Source: Raphidiopsis brookii D9
Lineage (GTDB): Bacteria > Cyanobacteriota > Cyanobacteriia > Cyanobacteriales > Nostocaceae
NCBI GenBank assembly: GCA_000175855.1
Contig: ACYB01000038.1
Span: 1-32,000 of the forward strand
Length of the DNA stretch: 32,000 bases
Direction: 5' to 3'
The notes below the pieces were generated by a model that worked only from the letters and a program-made list of their open reading frames with translations, did no database searches and was not told the DNA's origin. Positions 1 through 8,502 of the stretch are shown piece after piece. Numbering within the stretch: position 1 is the stretch's first letter; every line of letters begins with the position of its first letter. Made by a program: the position numbers and the translations under genes.

Positions 1-148
1 TCCCAAATAGTAATAACTTATTACAAGCCAACCCAAAAGAATTAGCCCCCCTTTTTAAATGGGGTTGGAGGGATCCCAAATAGTAATAACTTATTACAAG
101 CCAACATAAAAGAATTAGCCCCCTTTTTAAGGGGGTTTGGGGGGATCA
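1..148. repeat. Two tandem copies of a ~73-bp intergenic repeat, each ending in a C-run/T-run/G-run hairpin-like motif
   Basis: TCCCAAATAGTAATAACTTATTACAAGCCAAC begins at 1 and again at 74. The first 47 bp of each copy differ at only 2 positions. Copy 2 contains CCCCCTTTTTAAGGGGG at 119-135. Confidence 0.9.
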
Positions 149-230
149 AGCGATCGCCCTCCCCCCACCTCCCCTCACCTTCCATCGCCAAATTTACTAT
201 AATAGGTTAGTCCTACCTGAACTAAAGATA

Positions 231-1019
231 ATGGTCACTACTGTAAAACTAGTCCCAACTCTACCAACACAGGACGAATTGCCTTATGATGATGGAGTGC
301 CAATGGAAAGCCCACGACACAAACTGCAACTACAGCTCCTAACAGAAACCCTGACTTCATGGTTAGAACAGAGGGAAGATGGTTTCATTGGTGGGGACAT
401 GTTTGTATACTTCAGTGCCAATGAAGTCAAAACAGAGGATTTCAAGGGACCAGACTTCTTTGCGGTATTAGGGGTGCCAAAGGGAGAGCGGAAAAGTTGG
501 GTAGTATGGCAAGAGGGAAAAGGTCCCGACGTGATTGTAGAGCTATTGTCAGAGAGTACGGCTAAAACAGATAAGACGACCAAGAAGAGCATCTACCAGA
601 ACCAAATGAGGGTACCAGAATATTTTTGGTATGACCCTTTTAACCCGGAAGACTGGAAGGGATTTAAACTAATAAATGGAGTTTATAAGCCTTTAGAACT
701 GGTAGAAGGTGGGTATATAAGTGAACAGATAAATTTAAAACTGGTATTATGGGAAGGGAGTTTTAAGGGATTAAATATAGTGTGGCTAAGGTGGGCGACG
801 TTAGAAGGGGAGCTGTTACCAACCCAAGAAGAAAAGACACAACGGGAATATGAACGAAGAGAGATAGCAGAAGCTTTGGCTATTCAAGAGCGTCAGCAAA
901 AAGAGATAGCAGAAGCTTTAGCTATTCAAGAACGCGCTGAAAAAGAACAGGAACGCCAGAAGAACGAAAAATTGGCTGCTTACTTACGTTCCCTTGGTAT
1001 CAACCCGGATGAGATTTGA
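231..1019 (+). CDS. Uma2 family (DUF820) endonuclease-like protein with C-terminal coiled-coil repeats
   Basis: ORF of 262 aa. PDFFAVLGVPKGERKSWVVWQEGKGPDVIVELLSEST...DKTTKKSIYQNQMRVPEYFWYDP is typical of cyanobacterial Uma2/DUF820 proteins. The C-terminus is Glu/Gln/Ala rich. Confidence 0.88.
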   Translation: MVTTVKLVPTLPTQDELPYDDGVPMESPRHKLQLQLLTETLTSWLEQREDGFIGGDMFVYFSANEVKTEDFKGPDFFAVLGVPKGERKSWVVWQEGKGPDVIVELLSESTAKTDKTTKKSIYQNQMRVPEYFWYDPFNPEDWKGFKLINGVYKPLELVEGGYISEQINLKLVLWEGSFKGLNIVWLRWATLEGELLPTQEEKTQREYERREIAEALAIQERQQKEIAEALAIQERAEKEQERQKNEKLAAYLRSLGINPDEI

Positions 1020-1214
1020 ATCTCTAATGTGTAATCAGTCACAATCTCCACACCGGGCGATCGCATTTGCCCCCCGGTAGAAGGCGATCGCCCTTGACCC
1101 CCACCTTATTTGTCCCTGATAGTCTAGTGGATCTCAGTTCCTCCTCCTTAGCTAAAATAAAATAAGGCATCATACAATCAAACTACAAGTGATCAAAAGG
1201 TAAAAAGAAACAAT

Positions 1215-1466
1215 ATGATTAACAAAGTGACTATAGAATTGCCATCGGAATTAGCCTCAAAATTAACCCATCAGGCTCTGAAAAAACAAACTACTCTTGA
1301 AGATATGATTGTCAATCTCTTATCCCAATTAAACGAAAATCAAACCATAGAAGAAATTGACTCAATTACACCCCTATTAGGTACATTAAGATGTGATCTG
1401 AATGATCTAGGAGAAAATCATGATCTCTATTTAGTCCAAAATTTGGCACAAGAGAAAGAGGATTGA
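1215..1466 (+). CDS. Probable VapB-like antitoxin of a PIN toxin-antitoxin pair
   Basis: Small 83-aa ORF, MINKVTIELPSELASKLTHQALKKQTTLEDMIVNLL. It overlaps the downstream PIN ORF by 4 nt (ATGA). Confidence 0.6.
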   Translation: MINKVTIELPSELASKLTHQALKKQTTLEDMIVNLLSQLNENQTIEEIDSITPLLGTLRCDLNDLGENHDLYLVQNLAQEKED

Positions 1467-1705
1467 AATTGAATCAGATATTTGTTGATACTTCAGGTTG
1501 GGCAAATTTATTCATTGCCACAGAATCCTATCATAATCAAGCTAAACAATGGTTTCTTCAGTCACGTCAGCAAAATGATCAATTGATTACCAGTAATTAT
1601 GTGATTAGTGAGCTTGTAGCCTTGTTTTATAGTCCCTTGAGAGTCAATACTGTTCGGTTAAGGAAAAAAAGGGGTAAGATCAAGAGAAAAGAGTTCGCGT
1701 TTTAA
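1463..1705 (+). pseudogene. 3'-truncated PIN-domain (VapC-like) toxin fragment; host-derived sequence ends near 1644
   Basis: FVDTSGWANLFIATESYHNQAKQWFLQSRQQNDQLITSNYVISELVALFYSPLRV is the N-terminal half of a PIN domain. Reading then enters the IS inverted repeat (LRKKRGKIKRKEFAF*). The distal acidic residues of the PIN fold are missing. Confidence 0.8.
1645..1703 (+). repeat. Left terminal inverted repeat (59 bp)
   Basis: CAATACTGTTCGGTTAAGGAAAAAAAGGGGTAAGATCAAGAGAAAAGAGTTCGCGTTTT. Its reverse complement matches 3752-3810 at every base. Confidence 0.93.
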
Positions 1706-1732
1706 TTGCGAGAACAAAGAAAATTGAGAGAC

Positions 1733-2125
1733 TTACTTTTTCTCCTTGAGACTGTTGTATAAGTCAGCCCAGTTTTGTCGCAGAGAATCAATACATGATT
1801 GTAAGTAATCAACCTGAGTCCTCCGAGCAACCGAGAGAACCGCATCAATATGAGCAGGACTTCCAGCCTTCCCTAAATGCTTGTATTTAGTTAACTTGCC
1901 TGGTTGAGAAGTAGGGAAAATGGGTTGAGAAGCGTGTAACTTATAGTACCAATAAACCCCTTGTTTACTCCGTGCTTGATAACGGGAAACAGAACAACCA
2001 GGAGGCCCGATTTCCCCCGCCGCTTTTATTTGTTGAATCATCAATTGCAAAGTCGCAATCGCTTGTTGCAACAGTTCCCCTCTGGCAATGAGATCATCTT
2101 CTTTTGTGGACATGATCAATAACAT
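1733..2125 (-). CDS. Hypothetical protein, passenger ORF inside the IS element
   Basis: 130-aa ORF (MLLIMSTKEDDLIARGELLQQAIATLQLMIQQIKAAGEIGPPGCSVSRYQARSKQGVYWYYKLHASQ...), divergent from the transposase and entirely between the IRs. The start may be the internal Met 5 (MSTKEDD). Confidence 0.6.
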   Translation of the reverse strand: MLLIMSTKEDDLIARGELLQQAIATLQLMIQQIKAAGEIGPPGCSVSRYQARSKQGVYWYYKLHASQPIFPTSQPGKLTKYKHLGKAGSPAHIDAVLSVARRTQVDYLQSCIDSLRQNWADLYNSLKEKK

Positions 2126-2220
2126 TTGTATGTTCTCGAAATATACTCAAGAACTAAGTGACATTTAATATATTATGACCATTAGACCTAAAATTCCCCA
2201 AAAATTTTTGTTTTTAGTAT

Positions 2221-3618
2221 ATGTCACTGGTAAATTTTCAGGTACAAACAGCCTGTCTAAATCCTCAACAAATATTTTTAGCTTTGTCACAGGTAATTCC
2301 GAGTCAAACCATCACCAAGGCTATTGAATCTACTTGTAGTTCTCAACGAAGACTCAGAATATTACCAACTTATATCATAGTTACCTTAGTCATCGCCATG
2401 AGTTTTTGGTCATCTGACTCCATAGTTGATGTGTTCAAAAATCTCATTCATGGTTTGAGTTCTTTACACATCCCATCAGGTTTACGTCTTCAAACCCCAT
2501 CCGCTTCATCAATTACAGAAGCCCGCCAAAGAACCGGAGCAGCTGTCATGAGAAGGTTATTTGAACTGGTGGCAAAGCCCTTAGCAACAATATTAACACC
2601 TGGTGCTTTTTTAGGGGAATTAAGAATTATGGCTGTGGACGGAACAGTTTTTGATGTTCCAGATACTTCCACAAATGCTAGAGTCTTCGGCTATCCTGGT
2701 TCTCCTAAAGGGACTTATCCAGGTTTTCCTAAAGTCAGATTAGTATTTTTGGTGGAAGCAGGTACTCATTTAATTATAGATGCTTTTTGTTATCCCTATC
2801 GTATGGGAGAAAGGAGAGGTGCTTTAAAGTTACTACGCAGTATTAATTCTAGTATGTTATTAATGTGGGACAGAGGATTACATTCTTTTAAGATGGTTCA
2901 TACTGTCATTAAACAACAAGGAAATTTCCTTGGTCGTGTTCCTGGCAATGTGAAGTTTCAAGTAGTGAAAACGCTGGCAGATGGTTCTTATTTATCATGG
3001 ATTGCACCAGATGGACAGTCAAGAAAGAAAGGAGCAAAAAGAATGGAGGTTCGTATTATTGAATATGTGATTGAGGAGGATGGTACTCTAAAAACCTATC
3101 GGTTGATTACTAATCTAATGGATGTTGATAAGTTTCCGGCTTTGCTGTTAGCACAAGAGTATCATAAACGATGGGAAGCTGAGAATACTTTAGATGAGTT
3201 GAAAGTACATCTATTAGCCAGGAAAATTCCTATTCGTTCTAAGAATCCTCGTGAGGTTGTGCAAGAACTTTATGGTTGGTTGTTAGCTCATTATTGTTTG
3301 CGTTGTTTGATGTTTCAAAGTGCTACTTTGAAGAATATTTCTCCTTTAAGGTTGAGTTTTGTTGGGAGTTTACGAGTAATTCGGCGTGCTATTCCTGAGT
3401 TTCAACGTCAGGTAAATACGAATGTGGATATTAATTTATATTATAGTTGGTTGATGGCTGAAATTTCTGATTTGGAAATTCCTTTACGACAACAGCGAAG
3501 TAATCCTAGAGTGGTGAAGAAGGCTCGTTCTAAGTTTAAGAGTAAAAAACGAAGTCACAGGAATAATTGTACTCCTAGACAACAGTTATCTTTTCAAATT
3601 ATTAAACGGGCAAGTTGA
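2221..3618 (+). CDS. IS4 family transposase
   Basis: 465 aa, full length. Contains LRIMAVDGTVFDVPDT, YPGFPKVRLVFLVEAGTHLIIDA, LLMWDRGLHSF and YHKRWEAENTLDELKVHLL (DDE-type with the C-terminal Y-W-E-D/E-K signature). Confidence 0.93.
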   Translation: MSLVNFQVQTACLNPQQIFLALSQVIPSQTITKAIESTCSSQRRLRILPTYIIVTLVIAMSFWSSDSIVDVFKNLIHGLSSLHIPSGLRLQTPSASSITEARQRTGAAVMRRLFELVAKPLATILTPGAFLGELRIMAVDGTVFDVPDTSTNARVFGYPGSPKGTYPGFPKVRLVFLVEAGTHLIIDAFCYPYRMGERRGALKLLRSINSSMLLMWDRGLHSFKMVHTVIKQQGNFLGRVPGNVKFQVVKTLADGSYLSWIAPDGQSRKKGAKRMEVRIIEYVIEEDGTLKTYRLITNLMDVDKFPALLLAQEYHKRWEAENTLDELKVHLLARKIPIRSKNPREVVQELYGWLLAHYCLRCLMFQSATLKNISPLRLSFVGSLRVIRRAIPEFQRQVNTNVDINLYYSWLMAEISDLEIPLRQQRSNPRVVKKARSKFKSKKRSHRNNCTPRQQLSFQIIKRAS

Positions 3619-3751
3619 ATCTATTTAGTTTGATGTTACGGTAATTTATTTTTTTCAATTGAAAATTTCATAGTTTGACTATTTTCTCTCTCATGGTTTG
3701 AGTGTGTGAGAATTTGTCTATCTTTTTTTTTGTTTGTTAGTTATCGAAACA

Positions 3752-3810
3752 AAAACGCGAACTCTTTTCTCTTGATCTTACCCCTTTTTTTCCTTAACCG
3801 AACAGTATTG
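3752..3810 (-). repeat. Right terminal inverted repeat (59 bp)
   Basis: AAAACGCGAACTCTTTTCTCTTGATCTTACCCCTTTTTTTCCTTAACCGAACAGTATTG is the exact reverse complement of 1645-1703. Confidence 0.93.
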
Positions 3811-4029
3811 GGACTAGATCCAGCATGGAGAAGACATTTAGCCCAGGTCCTATTAAAATTGCCCGTACAGGTTCTGTTAATTGCTTCCCATGACCTAAAC
3901 TGGTTGGGTAAAGTTACCCAACGTGCGTTAGTGCTAACAGATGGTAAAATTCAAATAGACCATCCAATTCAACCCCTGTTAGCAGATGGTAAAACTCTAG
4001 ACAACTTGGGTTTACCACTAGGTTGGTGA
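3811..4029 (+). pseudogene. 3' remnant of an ABC transporter ATP-binding protein gene (CbiO/ECF-type)
   Basis: Reading frame GLDPAWRRHLAQVLLKLPVQVLLIASHDLNWLGKVTQRALVLTDGKI. The end of Walker B/D-loop (GLDP) and the H-loop (ASHD) are present; Walker A and the signature motif are absent. The 5' end abuts the IS right IR. Confidence 0.8.
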
Positions 4030-4077
4030 TAGAAGAACCAGGTAAAACAGATAAAAACTATTTTGTCTACATAATTT

Positions 4078-4539
4078 ATGCGTAAAAGTATGTTATGCCT
4101 TTGTTTCTATATAGCTTTTCTCGTCACGGGTTGTAGTCAAAGTAAAGTCTCCCAGTGTCAACAATTGATGGAAGTTGTGAGTCGGGGTAGTATGATGATT
4201 GATCAAAGTCAGGGGTCTCAAGTTTCAACCAGTCTAAAACTAGCGCAAGATTTGGGAAACACCAGTAAATCAATTAAAAAATTGCACCTAACAGATCCAC
4301 AACTGCAAAAATTCCAGGGTGACCTGAGTCAAAATTTTGCTGGTCTTAGCGATTATATTGGCAAATCTGCTAAATCTCTTGGTGAAGCGAAGAAAACACC
4401 AAATTCCCCGTCTGGACAAGAAAAAATGAGGTATGCTAAAATGGGGATAGAGTCATCCTTAATGACAGCGGAAGCAGCAGGTAAGAAACTAGACGCTTTG
4501 GGAAACAAATTAAGTAAGTACTGTAACTCAACTAAGTAA
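4078..4539 (+). CDS. Hypothetical putative lipoprotein
   Basis: 153 aa with signal peptide and lipobox MRKSMLCLCFYIAFLVTGCSQ. Confidence 0.65.
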   Translation: MRKSMLCLCFYIAFLVTGCSQSKVSQCQQLMEVVSRGSMMIDQSQGSQVSTSLKLAQDLGNTSKSIKKLHLTDPQLQKFQGDLSQNFAGLSDYIGKSAKSLGEAKKTPNSPSGQEKMRYAKMGIESSLMTAEAAGKKLDALGNKLSKYCNSTK

Positions 4540-4558
4540 CGCGAGTGAACCTGTAATC

Positions 4559-5200
4559 ATGAAAGCAGAATTAACAGAACTAATAATAAAAGTTATCCAG
4601 GTTTTACAAATAAATATGAGATGGATGACATGGAACTTATTTTTGGCATTTATTCCCCTGTTATTAAGTATTTGGTTATTTCGTGGGAGGCAAAAATCAT
4701 CCTTAGCCTGGTGGCCAGTATTTTTCGTATTCTATGCTTTTTTACCCAATGCTCCCTACTTACTAACTGACATCATTCATCTGATTGATGACATTCGTAA
4801 TATCCCATCAATTTGGGTAATTACACTAATCTTAATTCCTATATATTTATTAGTCATCCTAGCTGGATTCCAAGCTTATGTTATATCCCTGATTAATTTA
4901 GGTCATTATTTACACCGCGTGCGACAAAGTCAGTGGATTCTTCCAGTAGAATTAATAACCCATATACTCAATGCCATTGGTATTTATTGGGGTCGTTTCT
5001 TGCGCTTTAACAGCTGGGATTTAGTTACCCAACCAGATATAATATTAACTAAAGGTATAGAAGAATTACTAGGAAAACAACCCCTAGTAATTATCATTAT
5101 TAGCTTTATAATTCTCTGGGGATTATACTCATTGATGAAACAAATTACCTTAGGGATTATTTATAGACTAACCATTAGAAAAGGTAATCTCGGAGTATAA
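4559..5200 (+). CDS. DUF1361-like integral membrane protein
   Basis: 213 aa, multiple TM helices. WWPVFFVFYAFLPNAPYLLTDIIHL resembles the DUF1361 signature. Confidence 0.8.
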   Translation: MKAELTELIIKVIQVLQINMRWMTWNLFLAFIPLLLSIWLFRGRQKSSLAWWPVFFVFYAFLPNAPYLLTDIIHLIDDIRNIPSIWVITLILIPIYLLVILAGFQAYVISLINLGHYLHRVRQSQWILPVELITHILNAIGIYWGRFLRFNSWDLVTQPDIILTKGIEELLGKQPLVIIIISFIILWGLYSLMKQITLGIIYRLTIRKGNLGV

Positions 5201-5307
5201 GGAGTATAATGAACCAATGCATTAGTTGCTCTAAAAAAATTGCCTACCACAAAAATTTCGTGTAGACTGGTAGAAGCTTTTAATTTAAACTATTTAGCAT
5301 TACTGGC

Positions 5308-6465
5308 ATGAAAAACCAATTACACTTAAGAGCTTTACTAAGCAATTTTTCTGTTTATTCTTTGAGTAAAAATTGGTGGATAGCGGTTATTCTATGGTTT
5401 GCTTTTACCCTTCCTACTCAAGCATCTGTTATTCTGCGTATAGCTATTGAAAAAGAAGTTGAGCAAATTAAGATTGGTGCATCCAGTACAGCTATAGTTA
5501 AAAATAGTTATGGGCGCACTTTAGGAAAACTAACAGCTAGCAACTCGTATGCAGCACAGGCAGTTTTAGGAGAAGTATCCTTAGACAAATGGCAGTCTCG
5601 CTTATTTTGGATTGAACCTACTGCTAAAGGATACGTTTATATAGGCGATCGCTGGTTTCGTGGTAGAACTCTTATTGTATCCACAGGAAAGGGTATAACC
5701 GCTGTCAACTGGGTAGATCTGGAAGAATATCTCTACAGTGTGGTTGGTGGAGAAATGAGCTCTAGTTGGCATGAAGAAGCTCTTAAAGCTCAGGCGATCG
5801 CAGCTCGTACCTATGCCTTGTACAAGAGAAAAGAACAACGGAATAATCCCCTATATGATCTAGGAGATAGTTCTGATAGTTGGCAAGTTTATCACGGTGT
5901 AAGCAGTGAATCTCCTAGAACCTATAGTGCGGTTGATCAAACTGCGGGTCAGGTTCTCACCTATGAGAACCAAATCATTCTTTCAGCATTTCATGCTTGT
6001 TCTGGTGGACACACGGAAAATGTGGAGGATGTATGGGGGAACCCTCTTCCTTACTTGCGAGCAGTTCAAGATTTTGACCAGAACGTCAGGGACTGTAACT
6101 GGAATACCACTCTCAGTTCTGAAGAAATTAGTGCCCGTATTCCGGGTGTGGGTAATGTGAAGGAAATAATGATTGAGTCTTTATCTCCTTTTCGGAGTGT
6201 TAAAACTTTAAGAATTGTTGGCGATCAAGGAAGTAAGGTTCTCAAAGGTGAAGAAGTTCGAACCATTCTCAAGCTTAGAAGTACCCGTTTTACGGTGAAT
6301 AAAGATGTAAATGGTAACTTTGTTCTACGGGGATTAGGTTTTGGACATGGTTTAGGAATGAGTCAGTGGGGAGCATACATCCTAGCCAAAAATGGATTCA
6401 ACCACTTACAAATCCTAGGATACTACTACAAGGGTGTAGCTTTAACCCCGATTAAAGCCAAGTAG
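5308..6465 (+). CDS. SpoIID/LytB domain-containing protein
   Basis: VNWVDLEEYLYSVVGGEMSSSWHEEALKAQAIAARTYAL, AVDQTAGQVLTYENQIILSAFHACSGGHTENVEDVWG, GFGHGLGMSQWGAYILAKNG. Confidence 0.93.
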   Translation: MKNQLHLRALLSNFSVYSLSKNWWIAVILWFAFTLPTQASVILRIAIEKEVEQIKIGASSTAIVKNSYGRTLGKLTASNSYAAQAVLGEVSLDKWQSRLFWIEPTAKGYVYIGDRWFRGRTLIVSTGKGITAVNWVDLEEYLYSVVGGEMSSSWHEEALKAQAIAARTYALYKRKEQRNNPLYDLGDSSDSWQVYHGVSSESPRTYSAVDQTAGQVLTYENQIILSAFHACSGGHTENVEDVWGNPLPYLRAVQDFDQNVRDCNWNTTLSSEEISARIPGVGNVKEIMIESLSPFRSVKTLRIVGDQGSKVLKGEEVRTILKLRSTRFTVNKDVNGNFVLRGLGFGHGLGMSQWGAYILAKNGFNHLQILGYYYKGVALTPIKAK

Positions 6466-8374
6466 ACTTGACAATTCTCCTATATCTTCCCAAAGCTAGT
6501 AAGGGAAAATACTGTTGATAAAGATGATATTTGAGATAAAAATGACCGGGGAAACCAGTTCCAGTAAAGTATGACTCATGCCAAGTACCGTCTAATCTTT
6601 GGGTTGTTAATAAGTAATTAACAGCTTTTTCCATGCTGGTAAAATCAAACTTTTGCCCTGCTTCACCAGCAGCAATTAGTCCCATTAGTCCCCATGCGGT
6701 TTGAGATGGTGTGCTATCACCTTTTCCCTTAAGGTTGGAGTCACCATAACTCAAACAGGTTTCACCCCAACCACCATCAGGGTTTTGCACTTGTTTCAAC
6801 CAGCTGGCACCTTTTTCTAGGTTACTAAGATATTTCTGGGGATTAATCAAGGCCAAAGCTGATAACACACCACTGGTTCCATAGATATAATTAACTCCCC
6901 AACGTCCAAACCAACAACCTTCTGTTTCTTGTTCCCCCAGCAGATAATTCATAGCTTGATCTAGCTTCTGGGATGGGATGGATAGTTTACAAACACCCAA
7001 CATTTCAATTACCCTAGCGGTAACATCCGCAGTATTCGGGTCAATCATAGCTTTCAAATCACCGTATGGGATATAATTGAGCCATTCTTGGTCATTGTCA
7101 ATATCAAAAGCGGCCCAACCCCCGGATTTGCATTGCATGGATATAATCCAATTTACAGCTCGTTTAATAGCTTGTTTTTTTAGATTTTCATTGGGTAATT
7201 TGGCTTGATGTAAGGCCATTACCACCACAGCGGAATCATCCACATCAGGATAAAAGCGATTGTCAAATTCAAATGCCCAAGCACCTGGTTGGCCTTGTTT
7301 GTTTTTGACACCCCAGTCTCCATAATCTATTATTTGCTTATCTATTAACCATTCCCCAGCTTTGACAATTACTGGGTCGTCCGGAACCATACCCGAATCA
7401 ATCAGAGACCGAATTGCCCAAGCTGTGTCCCATACGGGAGAAACACAAGGCTGCACGCAGTAGCTGTTATCTGTTTCGATGACAAAATTATCAACCGCCT
7501 TTAAACCTCTATAGATAATTGGGTCATCTGGTTTATAGTTTAGACATTTTAAAGCTAATAAAGAATTTAACATGGCAGGAATAATTCCCCCCCAGTCCCC
7601 TGTAGACTCTTGGCGCTCTAAAATCCATTTCTCTGCTGCTTTTATCCCCTGGTCTCGCAAGGGGACTAAATTTAAGTTTTCTGCCAATTTGAACCCATCA
7701 TCTAAGAGGGTGAAGATGTCTGACCAATCATTGTTTTTTGGCAGTGACCACTGGGCATTATCTATTCCTTCAGCATATAGCTCATCTAAACTAATAGGAG
7801 AATCGATATCAAAGACTGGTTTTCGATTAAAGACTATTAATAATGGCACTGTGCTAGAACGGGCCCAACTGGAAAGCTCATAAATATTAAAAGGGAAATA
7901 ATCTGGTAATAGCATGACCCAGGGTGGTAATGAAGGTAACCCGCGCCAGTTATAACAACCGATTAATGCTAGATGTAATTTGGTGAAAATCCGGGTTTTA
8001 CTAATGCCACCTTTTTTTAAAATCCAGGATTTGGCTTTGACCAGTGCTGCATCCGTTACAGGTACTCCCAATAACCTTAAACCCATATAAGCTTCCACAC
8101 TGGTACTGAGATCTCCCCCATCTCCATAGTATAGTTCCCAACCACCATGTTCTCTTTGTTGACATCGCAAATAATTTTCAATTTTATATAAAGCTCTATT
8201 TTGGCAGGTTCCCCAAATTTTATGTAACAGTAAAACTTCTACAGTAATGGTCACATTTGACTCTAGCTCACCCCACCAATAGCCTTCTGGTCTCTGAATT
8301 GACAATAGATACTCTTGACTAGCGGCGATCGCCTGTGTAATTTCTTTAATATTTATTCTAGGTTGTGTTTGCAT
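6452..8374 (-). CDS. shc: Squalene-hopene cyclase
   Basis: 640 aa. QW motifs (QQREHGGWELYYGDGGDL, QNPDGGWGETCLSY, QTPSQTAWGLMGL) and a PDVDDSAVVVMAL catalytic DxDD-type region. Confidence 0.96.
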   Translation of the reverse strand: MQTQPRINIKEITQAIAASQEYLLSIQRPEGYWWGELESNVTITVEVLLLHKIWGTCQNRALYKIENYLRCQQREHGGWELYYGDGGDLSTSVEAYMGLRLLGVPVTDAALVKAKSWILKKGGISKTRIFTKLHLALIGCYNWRGLPSLPPWVMLLPDYFPFNIYELSSWARSSTVPLLIVFNRKPVFDIDSPISLDELYAEGIDNAQWSLPKNNDWSDIFTLLDDGFKLAENLNLVPLRDQGIKAAEKWILERQESTGDWGGIIPAMLNSLLALKCLNYKPDDPIIYRGLKAVDNFVIETDNSYCVQPCVSPVWDTAWAIRSLIDSGMVPDDPVIVKAGEWLIDKQIIDYGDWGVKNKQGQPGAWAFEFDNRFYPDVDDSAVVVMALHQAKLPNENLKKQAIKRAVNWIISMQCKSGGWAAFDIDNDQEWLNYIPYGDLKAMIDPNTADVTARVIEMLGVCKLSIPSQKLDQAMNYLLGEQETEGCWFGRWGVNYIYGTSGVLSALALINPQKYLSNLEKGASWLKQVQNPDGGWGETCLSYGDSNLKGKGDSTPSQTAWGLMGLIAAGEAGQKFDFTSMEKAVNYLLTTQRLDGTWHESYFTGTGFPGHFYLKYHLYQQYFPLLALGRYRRIVKSTWL

Positions 8375-8502
8375 AAAAGATCGACTTTAACAGATTCCCC
8401 ACTCATCCGTGGAATTTGGCCATCTAGCCTTGGTGATATTTATTATATTATCATATTTGTTTCCAGTATATTTCTGATTAAACTAATACGTTAGAGAAAG
8501 TT

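Larger units (their letters stand above)
1645..3810 (+). mobile_element. IS4-family-like insertion sequence with a divergent passenger ORF
   Basis: Perfect inverted repeat at 1645-1703 and 3752-3810 enclosing a transposase. Both flanking genes are truncated at the IR outer ends. Confidence 0.85.

Noticed and set aside
284-592. Minus-strand ORF of 102 aa overlapping the Uma2 gene
   Set aside because: Low-complexity antisense translation fully inside a well-supported CDS.
2490-2672. Minus-strand 60-aa ORF inside the transposase
   Set aside because: Short antisense shadow ORF with no recognisable motif.
3653-3666. 14-bp palindrome TTTTCAATTGAAAA downstream of the transposase
   Set aside because: AT-rich and not followed by a clear terminator tract. 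It could be a weak terminator or chance in a very AT-rich spacer.
3706-3810. N-terminal part of the 107-aa ORF at 3706-4029
   Set aside because: This part of the frame lies mostly in IS sequence (MRICLSFFLFVSYRNKNANSF...). It is not a genuine protein N-terminus; only the ABC remnant after 3810 is real.
7572-7883. Plus-strand 103-aa ORF within shc
   Set aside because: Antisense to a strongly conserved squalene-hopene cyclase.
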